Assembly (NCBI GenBank): GCA_015487695.1
Contig: WFPF01000103.1
Location: forward strand, 19,504-83,503
Reading direction: 5' to 3'
Source of the DNA: Chitinophagales bacterium
GTDB lineage: Bacteria > Bacteroidota > Bacteroidia > Chitinophagales > S012-47
DNA: 64,000 bases
Shown here piece by piece: positions 51,021 through 60,813 of this stretch. Position 1 is the stretch's first letter. Every line of letters starts with the position of its first letter. The notes beneath the pieces are model-generated. The model saw only the letters and a list, made by a program, of their open reading frames with translations. It searched no databases and was not told where the DNA came from. The position numbers were made by a program, and so were the translations under genes.

Positions 51021-53753
51021 TTATCTCGACTTTATGAATTTTACGCTGCTGCTTCCATTTGCTGTCTGAAGCGATAGAATATAATTCCCGGCAGCTATTT
51101 CGGCAGGGAGCTGTATGGTTAGCTTATTCGGGCCGGAGTTGAGCCTGGCCGCTTGCTGTAAAAGCAGTCTGCCCGAGAGGTCATAAACTTCCAACACGGC
51201 ATCTTCTTCTGACGGGGATCTCAGGTCAAGCGTAATGTAATCCCGTGCCGGATTGGGGTATATTTTCTCGATTTGCAGCGCCTGCTCAAGAACCGGCTTA
51301 TCAATAAATACTTCTTTGATTTCAAAATACTCATATTGCCCGTCCAGGTCGGTTTGCTTCAGCCGGTAATAGCTTGTCCCCGTGTACGGGTTTTCATCTG
51401 TAAACTCATACTCAATCCTGCGGTCACTGTTGCCTGCTCCTTTCACCGTACCTATTACTTCAAACAGCATTCCATCACGGCTTCTTTCCACGGTATAGAA
51501 ATCATTGTTTCGCTCCATTTCGCTGGCCCATTTTACAAGCACTTTTTGTCCTGCTGCCTGCACGTCAAACCAGGCAAGTTTAATGGGAAGAATATTTCCA
51601 CCGGCCAAGGACCCGAACGTATATAGTCCGAAGGAGGTCTGACGGTTAATGGTGCTTATGCTTCCCTGCGAAACAGTTCCGGAGATGGAAAAAGGAGCCA
51701 GTGATGTCCAGAAGCTTCCCGAATAGCCTGCAATGGCCAGGTCGGATAAGTTGCTGATACCGCTGCGTGGGCCATCTTCCCAGTGAAGCGTCACCTGCAC
51801 ATTGGCCGTACCGTTGCTTCTCTGCAAATCCCAATATTCAATGCTGCTCACATTGGTCAGCGTGGCATCTGTGGTGGTATCTGTGTAGCAGCGGTTGTAA
51901 TACCTCGCAGTGAATGCATTGGTGCTTGCCGTATTGCTGAAATTGCTGATTCCAAGCGGGGCATATACGCCTTCATTACCGATGGGAAAGGTAAATGCGC
52001 TTCCGCCTTCTTTTTTAAACGGGCCGTCCACGAATGAACTATCAGACCCTCCGACCAGCAATGCGCCCGATTGAAGCGTGATCAGGTTGACCGCACTTGT
52101 TTTCACAATACCATCATTCAAGTCCAGTTGCTGCTCAAGGCTTACAGGCCCTTGCAGGTAAATGGCCGGCACACTGTCGGGTGTATTGTTGTAGGTGTTA
52201 TTTACCAGAATATTTTGATAGTTGATGAAGGCCAGGCCCGTTTTCTCACCGCAGATATATTGTTTGTCTGTTCCGGTAAGTTTCAGAATGGCAGACGCAT
52301 TGACAAAGTCAAGCTGCCCCTTTGCAGTCGTATGAATGATATCGCCTTTGACTTCTACCACACAATCGGTATAAACAGCTATGTCTACCCGCTGATCGGC
52401 ACTGCTGCCGCTGTTGGCACCGAATCGAAAATCACCGTTCACCTGCAGGGTAGCACGATCCGATGTTGATCCGTTTTTGCCAATTATGACCTGAATGGGC
52501 TGGGAGCCTGAATTCTCCTGCACCGTGAAATCGCCCTGCACCGTGATAGTCGAAATCTTTTTGAAAGTAACCTTGGTGTTGGAATTTGACCCCGTTCCGC
52601 CATTCATTTCAATAAGGGCATCTCCGCTGACATTTAGAGTGGAGGCATCTACTTTGAAGTCCAGTTTCTCATTCCCACCGCTTCTGTTTACTACGAGGTC
52701 TTCTGCGATGTTTACCACCGAAGAAGATTCCATACTCACCTTTAGCTTGTTGCCGTCATTGATGTTAAACCCGGCAGAGCGATTGATGTCCACGCTGGCC
52801 GTTTTAAAGCTTATTTTTATTTCTTTGCTTCCACCGTTTTGCCTGACAACCATGCTGTCTTGCACGTAAAAGGTGGAATTATCGACTTTCAGCTCCATTT
52901 TCTTGTTGTCGGCTGATTCCATGAAATATTTCCCGTAGACATTTAAGGTGCCGTTGTTTTTCACTTCAAGTTTGGACTCTTTATTCCCGCCCGTAAATAC
53001 AATTCCCGCACATTCAGCGGTATACCCGTCAATTTTAAGTTTCTCATCAATTTGTTTTAGAAACACCACATTTTCTTTGGCTGGAATACTTGAAGCGGCT
53101 GATCCGCTGAAACCGCTGGTCGACCAGGTGCTGTTGTTATTCCAGTCGCCTGCCGTTCTCACATAATACTTGACGGGGCTTACATTGTTTATATATATGG
53201 TAAAGGTTCCGGTATCTGCGGTCGCACTGTTGACCAAAAGGTAATACCAGTCATTTTGAGTCAAAACGCTGGTAGTGATGCTGGCGTCTCCCGATCCGCT
53301 GGCCGATGAACAGCTTATTTCATTGTCGCTGTTGTCAAAAAGGGCCAGTTCCACATTTTGAATGCTGCCCTCTGCACCTCCGGTTTTCACGGTAATGGTC
53401 GCACTCGGATAGAGCGCCTGAAACTTGAACCACACACCATGGCTGCTGCTTCCCGTAAAACAGGAGCCTGTCTGAGCATCGGCAGTGGCATAGGCGTTGG
53501 TGAATGCGGCAAATGCACTTTGGTCTTCATATAAATCTGTGAGCCAGTGGGCATTGGCTTTCAAATCGTTGGCAGGAGGGGTCGTGCCGGCTGCGGCAAA
53601 AGAGCGCTCCGAATGGCCCATTTGGGTATAAACCCAAAACATAATGGCCAGAATCGTAAAGATGCCCATGGCTCCCGCAACGATGCGCAAAAGCCGTACT
53701 CTGAGGGTGGCTTGGGTTTTTAGTCTGCTTTTAAGGTTCATGCCGTTTTTCAT
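51021..53753 (-). CDS. Giant beta-helix repeat protein with T9SS C-terminal sorting domain (putative adhesin), paralogue 2
   Basis: It is 910 aa and co-linear with 47235-50618 but has fewer internal repeats. The C-terminus IYPNPARDYITL...GNYILSL is a T9SS CTD. Confidence 0.75.
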   Translation of the reverse strand: MKNGMNLKSRLKTQATLRVRLLRIVAGAMGIFTILAIMFWVYTQMGHSERSFAAAGTTPPANDLKANAHWLTDLYEDQSAFAAFTNAYATADAQTGSCFTGSSSHGVWFKFQALYPSATITVKTGGAEGSIQNVELALFDNSDNEISCSSASGSGDASITTSVLTQNDWYYLLVNSATADTGTFTIYINNVSPVKYYVRTAGDWNNNSTWSTSGFSGSAASSIPAKENVVFLKQIDEKLKIDGYTAECAGIVFTGGNKESKLEVKNNGTLNVYGKYFMESADNKKMELKVDNSTFYVQDSMVVRQNGGSKEIKISFKTASVDINRSAGFNINDGNKLKVSMESSSVVNIAEDLVVNRSGGNEKLDFKVDASTLNVSGDALIEMNGGTGSNSNTKVTFKKISTITVQGDFTVQENSGSQPIQVIIGKNGSTSDRATLQVNGDFRFGANSGSSADQRVDIAVYTDCVVEVKGDIIHTTAKGQLDFVNASAILKLTGTDKQYICGEKTGLAFINYQNILVNNTYNNTPDSVPAIYLQGPVSLEQQLDLNDGIVKTSAVNLITLQSGALLVGGSDSSFVDGPFKKEGGSAFTFPIGNEGVYAPLGISNFSNTASTNAFTARYYNRCYTDTTTDATLTNVSSIEYWDLQRSNGTANVQVTLHWEDGPRSGISNLSDLAIAGYSGSFWTSLAPFSISGTVSQGSISTINRQTSFGLYTFGSLAGGNILPIKLAWFDVQAAGQKVLVKWASEMERNNDFYTVERSRDGMLFEVIGTVKGAGNSDRRIEYEFTDENPYTGTSYYRLKQTDLDGQYEYFEIKEVFIDKPVLEQALQIEKIYPNPARDYITLDLRSPSEEDAVLEVYDLSGRLLLQQAARLNSGPNKLTIQLPAEIAAGNYILSLQTANGSSSVKFIKSR

Positions 53754-53926
53754 TTGAATGTATCGCAGGGGATATTTTTATGTTCAATAAATACGATATC
53801 GCTATGATAAGGTTGCATTTATTCCTCTAAACGGATAAAGATTCCCGATGAATCTTACATGCCACTCGATAAATGGAAAATTGGTATTGTATTGCAGGAA
53901 AGGGTGGGCTACTTATCCCCGATTGT

Positions 53927-54847
53927 TTAATTGACTGCCTGCAGCAAGTCTTCAAGGGCCGGGGTCAGGGGTTCAAAATGAAAATCAAAGCCGCTCTTTC
54001 TGATTTTTTCGGAGCTTACCCGGTTGCTCATCAGGAGCAGCTCAGACATTTCGCCCAGCAAAAGACGAAGTATGAAAGGGGGAATGCCAAAGCTCAGGGC
54101 CCGCCTGCCCGTCACTTTTTTTAATGCTTGCATATATTCCCTGTTGCGCAGGGCTTCGTGGCCGGCCATGTTGAAGGCACCGTTCAGTTCTTCATTTTGA
54201 ATTAAGTGGATAAAAGCACGGCAGACATCATCAATGTGCACCCAGGAATAAAATTGACGGCCGTTGCCAAAATAGGGAGCAAGACCCATTTTGAGAGGCA
54301 ATAATGTTTTTGGCAGCATGCCGCCCTCCCGGGCCAAAACAAGCCCGATGCGAAGCTTGGCCACACGTGTTCCCAGTTTGCCGAACTGATCGGCTGCGCC
54401 TTCCCATTTCTGACAAACCTCACTTAAAAATCCACTTCCCGTGGGCTGTTCCTCGCTTATCAGCGCCTCTCCGGTGTCGCCATATATGCCAATGGCTGAA
54501 GCAGAAATAAATGAATGGGGGCGGATCTGCCACTTTTGACAGAAATCGAACAATGCATTGGCCGTGCTTACTCGGCTTTTCAATATTTCCTCTTTCCGGT
54601 CGCGGGTCCAGCGCTCATCGGCAATGCCCGCTCCGGCCAGATGAACAATGTGTGCACTGCGTTCAAGAGCAGCATGTTCTATCACCCCTTCGGCCGTATT
54701 CCAGTGATACGAATGAGGCGGCTTTGAAGGGCCTCGACTTAATATAACCGGATGGTAACCTTCTTCCTCGAGCAACTCCCTCAACCTCGACCCGAGCATC
54801 CCGCTTCCACCGGTAATCAATACCGTTCTTTCACGCTGCTTTTCCAT
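53927..54847 (-). CDS. TIGR01777-family NAD-dependent epimerase/dehydratase (SDR39U1/YfcH-like, with DUF1731 C-terminus)
   Basis: It has the Rossmann motif VLITGGSGMLGSRL, a length of 306 aa and the characteristic C-terminal SSEKIRKSGFDFHF. Confidence 0.85.
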   Translation of the reverse strand: MEKQRERTVLITGGSGMLGSRLRELLEEEGYHPVILSRGPSKPPHSYHWNTAEGVIEHAALERSAHIVHLAGAGIADERWTRDRKEEILKSRVSTANALFDFCQKWQIRPHSFISASAIGIYGDTGEALISEEQPTGSGFLSEVCQKWEGAADQFGKLGTRVAKLRIGLVLAREGGMLPKTLLPLKMGLAPYFGNGRQFYSWVHIDDVCRAFIHLIQNEELNGAFNMAGHEALRNREYMQALKKVTGRRALSFGIPPFILRLLLGEMSELLLMSNRVSSEKIRKSGFDFHFEPLTPALEDLLQAVN

Positions 54848-54916
54848 GCTTCTCTTTCTTTACTTCAAATTGTAATAACTTTCTGAATCTATACGTCAAA
54901 CCAAGCGCTTATTCAC

Positions 54917-56671
54917 ATGCTAAAAATTCCCGTAAATTTAATTGCTTTGCTTGCTGTATGGACAATAATGATTCTAAACGGTTGCAAAAAGTACTCTAAA
55001 CTGACAAATGAGCCACCTAACCTGTCAATCTGGGAAATTGATGATCCCCCGGGTCTAAACCCCTTATTGACCTTTGATGCCAGCTCAACCGAAATCAGGC
55101 CACTGCTTTTTCAGTCGCTCCTCAATTTCAGCTATGACGATTACTCGCTGATTCCGGTTTTGGCCCGGTCGAGGCCCCGGATAGAACAGTTGGCCGACAC
55201 AGCCATGGTCCTTCATTACGAAATCAGGCCAGAGGCCCGATGGGACAATGGCAGCCATGTGACCGCCCGGGATGTGCTGTTCAGCTACAAAGCCATCGCT
55301 TCTCCTGCGATTGCTGCCGATTATCTGAAACCTTATCTGCAGATGGTTGATCATATTGAGATAGATCCATCCGATTCGCTCAGTCTGCGCATCTATACAC
55401 GTCAGATCCATATGCGTGCAGAAGCTTCCACCGGATACGAGATACCTATTCTGCCCGAATATTTTTACGATCCGAAGCATGTGCTCAGGGCATACAGCTT
55501 CCGCGAGCTTTACGACATGGACAAGGCCACAGACACAGCACTGATAAAATGGGGAGAGCGCTTTTCATCTCCGGAATTTGCCCGCACAGGTGACAGCATG
55601 AGCGGATCGGGAGCCTATCGCCTGGAGCGCTGGGACGAAGGCGAGCGCATTGTATTGAAGAAAAAAGAACACTGGTGGGGCGAGGAAATCAGAGATACTG
55701 CCAACATGTACTTTGAGGCACATCCCGAAATGATCAGCTATCGGATCATCAACGACCAGACGGCTGCCCTCACGGCCCTGAAAGGAGGACAGCTGGATGT
55801 CATGCGCAGTGTCAAAGCGCGGGATTTTAAATCACTGCTCGAGAACCCCTCTTATCAGGACAAGCTGAAGCTCTTTACACCGCCCATGTTGGCCTTTTCC
55901 GCACTGGGCATCAATATGAGGAGCCCCCTCTTTGAAGACCGAAGCACGCGCCAGGCCATTGCTTTCCTCATCGATTACGATCGCCTGATGAAAGATGTCA
56001 TGTACGGCTTTGCCGAGCGCTGCATCGGTCCGGTTTATCCTTCGCTGAAAAAATATTACAACGACAGCATCACTCCGTACCGGCTCGATCCGGCCAAAGC
56101 ACAGAAACTCCTGAAGCTGAGCGGATGGGGCGACCATGACGGAGACGGCTGGCTCGACCGGATGGTGAACGGTAAAAAAACAGACTTTGAGTTTGACTTT
56201 ATCACCAACAAAGGCCAGGAAGAGCGTGAAAAGGTTGCACTGATCGTACAGGAAAACCTGCGCAAAGCCGGCATCAGGATGAATATCGTTTCACTGGAGT
56301 GGGGTTTGGTTCTTGAGCATTTATTCAGTCATGATTTTGACATGATGTACATCTCCATGGTGGGCGACCCGGCTCCTGAAGATTACAGCCAGCTCTGGGG
56401 CCGTGCCAGCCGCAACGGGGGATACAATTTTGTGAATTTCGGCAATGATTACAGCGACTCGCTCATCGCAAAAATCAACCGCACCCTGGACGAGGACGAG
56501 CGGGCCCGATACATCCGTGAACTACAGGTAATAATTCATCGCGAGGTACCTTACGTTTTCCTATGGACTCCTGAAAACCGCATTGCCATCCGCTACCCTT
56601 TTGAGAATATGCACATATCGGCCTACCGTCCCGGCTTTTGGCCCGGTGGTTTTATTCTCGAAGCGGATTGA
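54917..56671 (+). CDS. ABC transporter substrate-binding lipoprotein, family 5 (peptide/nickel type)
   Basis: The lipobox is MILNGC. At 584 aa it is the size of an SBP_bac_5 protein. It is followed by two DppB/DppC-type permease genes. Confidence 0.8.
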   Translation: MLKIPVNLIALLAVWTIMILNGCKKYSKLTNEPPNLSIWEIDDPPGLNPLLTFDASSTEIRPLLFQSLLNFSYDDYSLIPVLARSRPRIEQLADTAMVLHYEIRPEARWDNGSHVTARDVLFSYKAIASPAIAADYLKPYLQMVDHIEIDPSDSLSLRIYTRQIHMRAEASTGYEIPILPEYFYDPKHVLRAYSFRELYDMDKATDTALIKWGERFSSPEFARTGDSMSGSGAYRLERWDEGERIVLKKKEHWWGEEIRDTANMYFEAHPEMISYRIINDQTAALTALKGGQLDVMRSVKARDFKSLLENPSYQDKLKLFTPPMLAFSALGINMRSPLFEDRSTRQAIAFLIDYDRLMKDVMYGFAERCIGPVYPSLKKYYNDSITPYRLDPAKAQKLLKLSGWGDHDGDGWLDRMVNGKKTDFEFDFITNKGQEEREKVALIVQENLRKAGIRMNIVSLEWGLVLEHLFSHDFDMMYISMVGDPAPEDYSQLWGRASRNGGYNFVNFGNDYSDSLIAKINRTLDEDERARYIRELQVIIHREVPYVFLWTPENRIAIRYPFENMHISAYRPGFWPGGFILEAD

Positions 56672-56685
56672 ATTAACTTCATGCT

Positions 56686-58065
56686 ATGCTGAAGTATGTG
56701 GCCCTTAGGCTCCTTTACATGATCCCCACGCTTGTGGCAATCACGCTGCTGACGTTTATCATCAGCCTCCAGACACCGGGCGATCCGGCCATGCTAAAGC
56801 TGAGAAACAGCGAAGGATCGGGGCCGGGGGCCGCCCGTGAATTCTGGCCTGCCTATGCCAGGGAGAGGGAAAAACTCCACCTCGATCTCCCTGTTTTTTA
56901 TTTTTCACTCTCGCGGCTTGCCCTGCCCGACACTTTTTACCGTATTCCCATTCCGGCCCATCGGCAAATGCTTGACAAGCTTTGCTGGGAATATGGCAAC
57001 TGGCCACAAATAGCAAAGTACTATCAGCAATTAAGGCATGCCTACCTCCATCCCCCGGAGGGGAGCGATGAAATGCAGGAAGCGGTGCTCTATCACCTGC
57101 TTGTAGCCGGCAGTGAAGACGAACGGACAAAGTGGATAAAACAGCTGGACGGCAGACTTTTTGGGCCCGTACTGGATGCCTGGTCAGAGCTCGAAAGCAA
57201 AGCCAGTCCCTGGAAAAACTATATCCCTTCAATCCAATGGCACGGAATCAGGAATCAATATCACTACTGGCTCTTTGGTGACGGAAAGAGCAGAATGGGC
57301 CTCTTGCGCGGTGACCTGGGCCGCTCATTCAGAAGCCACCGGAAGGTAAGTGAGATCTTATCTTCGGCCATACTCGTCACCTTGCAGATCAGCATTTTTG
57401 CATTGCTTTTTGCTTTTGTTCTGAGCATTCCCAGTGGATTGTTTCTGGCCGTCCGGGCCGGCAGCCTCCTCGACCGGAGCCTTTCTTCCCTCCTTTTCGC
57501 ACTCTATTCCACACCGGCCTTCTGGCTCGGCACCCTGCTTATCGTATTTCTCGGAGGTGGCGATTTTTTAAATCTTTTCCCTCCCTTCGGGCTCGGGGAC
57601 ATCAGCAATATGAGCTTTTTCGATGCCTTACTTTTTCGTCTGTGGCATCTTGTTCTTCCGGTTTTTTGTCTCTTTTATCCGGCCTACACCTATTTGACAC
57701 GTCAGATGAGAAGCGCTGCCATTGATGAAATTCATAAACCCTATGTGAGGGCGCTGAGAGCGCGGGGGATTCCGTCCGCAAGAATTCGAAGGAAACATAT
57801 TTTCATTAATGCCAGCCTGCCGCATATCACATTGCTTGGCAGCTTTGTACCGCTGATCATCAGCGGATCAGTGATGATTGAAATTATTTTCTCCATACCC
57901 GGAATGGGAAAGACCACCCTGGATGCCCTCTACGCCCGCGACTATCCCGTTGTTTTCGGAGCCGTACTCATCACCTCTGCCTTTACTGTGCTGGGCTTTC
58001 TTCTTTCCGACATTTTATATCACCTGGCTGATCCCCGCATTCAGGTAAAAAAGGAGGACACGTGA
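56686..58065 (+). CDS. ABC transporter permease (DppB/OppB-like) with enlarged first periplasmic loop
   Basis: TM1 is followed by PGDPA. The loop before GDLGRSFRS is about 190 aa, whereas I recall roughly 60-70 aa as typical. The C-terminal EAA-type region is RARGIPSARIRRKHIFINASLP. Confidence 0.85.
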   Translation: MLKYVALRLLYMIPTLVAITLLTFIISLQTPGDPAMLKLRNSEGSGPGAAREFWPAYAREREKLHLDLPVFYFSLSRLALPDTFYRIPIPAHRQMLDKLCWEYGNWPQIAKYYQQLRHAYLHPPEGSDEMQEAVLYHLLVAGSEDERTKWIKQLDGRLFGPVLDAWSELESKASPWKNYIPSIQWHGIRNQYHYWLFGDGKSRMGLLRGDLGRSFRSHRKVSEILSSAILVTLQISIFALLFAFVLSIPSGLFLAVRAGSLLDRSLSSLLFALYSTPAFWLGTLLIVFLGGGDFLNLFPPFGLGDISNMSFFDALLFRLWHLVLPVFCLFYPAYTYLTRQMRSAAIDEIHKPYVRALRARGIPSARIRRKHIFINASLPHITLLGSFVPLIISGSVMIEIIFSIPGMGKTTLDALYARDYPVVFGAVLITSAFTVLGFLLSDILYHLADPRIQVKKEDT

Positions 58066-59240
58066 AGGGCAAAAAAGGCATAAGGATCAAACTGCGCAAG
58101 CATTGGCCGCTTCTGTTTTTGGGGCTCTATCTGCTGACGGCTCTGCTGGCACCGCTGCTGGCCAACAAGCACGCATGGATCGCCATGGATCAAAAGGGGC
58201 AAATTTCTTTCCCCGTATTTCAGCAAAACCCACCCGTCAGTAAGGACACGGATTACCGCAGGGTGATCGGGCCGCCCGTAGCTTTTCTCCCTGCCGATCA
58301 GGATGCGGCCGAGGTCCGAAAGCCCCCCTTTCAATCGGGGAGGCACCTGCTGGGTACCGATGAGCTCGGGCGGGATGTCCTGTCGATGATCATTCACGCC
58401 ACAAGAAAAGATATGAGTGTGGCCTTTTTTGCCACCTTGCTGGCCGGCTTTATCGGCATCTTCGCAGGGATGATCTCTACGGCCGGAGCATCCGGTTTCA
58501 TGCACTTCAAACGAGCGGAGATTTTTTTTATCCTGCTTTTAATCCTGCCTTCCTTTTTTTATTCCTTTATGATTCTGCCCCGCTTGCTGAAGGAGGTCCT
58601 TCCATTTTCCGTGCTGCTTCAGGCCGTGGTAGCCATAGCCGCTTTCGTAGCCGGCATTCTGATACCCGCTCGCCTTCTTGCCCGCTTTTTCAGGCGGGGC
58701 GCATTGGCAAAAAAAGTATCTGTTTCGCCCGATCCGGTCATCAGCCGTCTCATTGAAATCACGGTAAGTATCCCGGTTATCTATCTTATTATCATGCTCG
58801 TGGGCAGCCTGGGCGGGCAATCCACCAGCATTCTCATTCTGGCCATCGGCCTGACGGGATGGACCGGCATAGCCCGTTTGACCAGGGCCGAAATGCTGCG
58901 AATCAGAGAGCAGGATTACTATCGTGCGGCCGGTGCCCTCGGATTAAAACGGTGGCAGATGATTCTGCGACATGCCTTCCCCAATGCCGTTGGCCCCGTG
59001 CTGACCGCACTGGCCTTTGGAATGGCCAACGCGATACTCATTGAGTCCTTCCTCTCTTTTATCGGCCTTGGCTTCCCCCCGGATACTGCCACCTGGGGCA
59101 GCCTGCTGAATGCCGGCCGGCAGGACCTTTCTTCCTGGTGGCTTTCGGTCTTCCCGGGATTGGCCATTTTCTTCATTGTGCTAAGCCTTAACGTGAGTGG
59201 TGAGAAGTGGCGCTTTCGCCATCGGAAAGAAAAAATATAA
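58062..59240 (+). CDS. ABC transporter permease (DppC/OppC-like) with extra membrane insertion
   Basis: The start is an ATGA overlap. It has HLLGTDELGRDVLS, and the EAA loop RLTRAEMLRIREQDYYRAAGALGLKRWQMILRHAFPN. It is about 90 aa longer than typical. Confidence 0.85.
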   Translation: MKGKKGIRIKLRKHWPLLFLGLYLLTALLAPLLANKHAWIAMDQKGQISFPVFQQNPPVSKDTDYRRVIGPPVAFLPADQDAAEVRKPPFQSGRHLLGTDELGRDVLSMIIHATRKDMSVAFFATLLAGFIGIFAGMISTAGASGFMHFKRAEIFFILLLILPSFFYSFMILPRLLKEVLPFSVLLQAVVAIAAFVAGILIPARLLARFFRRGALAKKVSVSPDPVISRLIEITVSIPVIYLIIMLVGSLGGQSTSILILAIGLTGWTGIARLTRAEMLRIREQDYYRAAGALGLKRWQMILRHAFPNAVGPVLTALAFGMANAILIESFLSFIGLGFPPDTATWGSLLNAGRQDLSSWWLSVFPGLAIFFIVLSLNVSGEKWRFRHRKEKI

Positions 59241-59313
59241 ATGCCCCGAAACAAATGAAATTATAGCGTTCAAACGTTCCTTCCCTTTAAACAGAATATG
59301 TTAATTTGCTAGT

Positions 59314-60789
59314 GTGAGAAAAACCTTCTTCTTCATCCTGCTTTTCGCTCTTTGCCGTTTCACGGGAATGGCTCAGGAAATAACCGTGAGTCCCGTCATA
59401 GAAACGGTCAGACGCAACGAAGCCGTTGAGATACTGGGAGCTTACCGGGAAAATATTTACAGCCACATTTATGACAACAACGAGCATCGCCTGATGGCAC
59501 ATAATGCCGGAATGAGGATGATGTGGCGCAAGGAATTGCCCCTGGACCGAAGAAACTTCCGATTTGAAAAACTGCTTTACGACAAAGGCCGCTTTCAGCT
59601 CATCTACTCCAAAAGGTCGCGGCAAAGCCAGATCATCTACGGCCTGCCCCTCAACGCAGACGGAGAGCCTGACACGGCCCATGCCGTCATACTGGATACC
59701 ATGCAAAAGAAGATCGGTGAGAATTTCTTCGACATCTCTGTTGCCGAATCAGATGATAAAAAGCACGTGGTGGCCTACTGGATAGACCCCAATGCCTTTG
59801 ACAAGAATGAGTTGTATTTTGTCAGCTTCGATCGCCAGTTTCAAAACATAAAAAAGGGCAGTGTAGACCTTCCCTTTGTGCAAAAACGAGCTGCATTCCA
59901 TTCCCTGCTGATCAGCAACAGCGGCAAACTTTATGTGGTAATAGCCGAATTCAAATCGCAGCAAAAAGAAAATGCGGTCCGTTTCTGGATTATGAGCTCC
60001 GAAAACGATTTCCGGGATTATGAGCACATGGAATTAAAAACAGAATCCAACATCTACCTGAACAATGTCCGATTTAAGATTGACAACCTCAACGAATACA
60101 TTAATGTGGTAGGGTTCTACACCGAGGGGAGCACCAGCAACCGGGCAGCAGAGGGTATTTACTTCGCCCGCATTCCTTTCCATTCCTCCCAGGCAGAAGT
60201 CAGCTATTACGAGGCCTTTTCTCCTGAGTTCATAGCACGGATCAAAGGCGACAGAAAAAGCAGCAAAAACAGCAAACTTTATTCTTTTATTATTGACAAG
60301 GTCATACTGAGAAAAGACGGAGGCCTTCTTTTTGTTGCCGAATCTTTTTACAAGACTTACCGAACGACCAACTATCTCTACGACATATACGGATTTCCGT
60401 CATACAACGAATCCACCGTCATCTATCATTTTGACGAGCTCATTGTCGTTTCTTTGCACCCCAATGGTAAAATTCATTGGAAAAATATTATTGTAAAAAA
60501 CCAAACCAGCAATGGCGACTATGGCCGCTATTCGAGCTACCAGATGATGAATAGCGGAGCTTTTCTCAAAATATTTTTTAATGAAAAAATCAGCTCGCGC
60601 AGCAATCTTATTGAGTACACCATAGACGTAAACGGCAATATGAGCCGGCAGGTACTGCTCAACAGCAGATCCTACAATGTGTATCTGATGCCACAGTATG
60701 GCAGGCAAATCTCTGTGGACGAGATCGTTTTCCCGAGCATGAAGAAGAGCGAATTGCGCCTGCTCAAGTTAAATTATCACCTCGATTAA
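59314..60789 (+). CDS. Hypothetical secreted protein
   Basis: It has a GTG start and the signal peptide MRKTFFFILLFALCRFTGMAQE. At 491 aa its composition is beta-rich. I recognise no family. Confidence 0.5.
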   Translation: MRKTFFFILLFALCRFTGMAQEITVSPVIETVRRNEAVEILGAYRENIYSHIYDNNEHRLMAHNAGMRMMWRKELPLDRRNFRFEKLLYDKGRFQLIYSKRSRQSQIIYGLPLNADGEPDTAHAVILDTMQKKIGENFFDISVAESDDKKHVVAYWIDPNAFDKNELYFVSFDRQFQNIKKGSVDLPFVQKRAAFHSLLISNSGKLYVVIAEFKSQQKENAVRFWIMSSENDFRDYEHMELKTESNIYLNNVRFKIDNLNEYINVVGFYTEGSTSNRAAEGIYFARIPFHSSQAEVSYYEAFSPEFIARIKGDRKSSKNSKLYSFIIDKVILRKDGGLLFVAESFYKTYRTTNYLYDIYGFPSYNESTVIYHFDELIVVSLHPNGKIHWKNIIVKNQTSNGDYGRYSSYQMMNSGAFLKIFFNEKISSRSNLIEYTIDVNGNMSRQVLLNSRSYNVYLMPQYGRQISVDEIVFPSMKKSELRLLKLNYHLD

Positions 60790-60813
60790 GCGCTTCGGAA
60801 TTATCTTTAGGGA

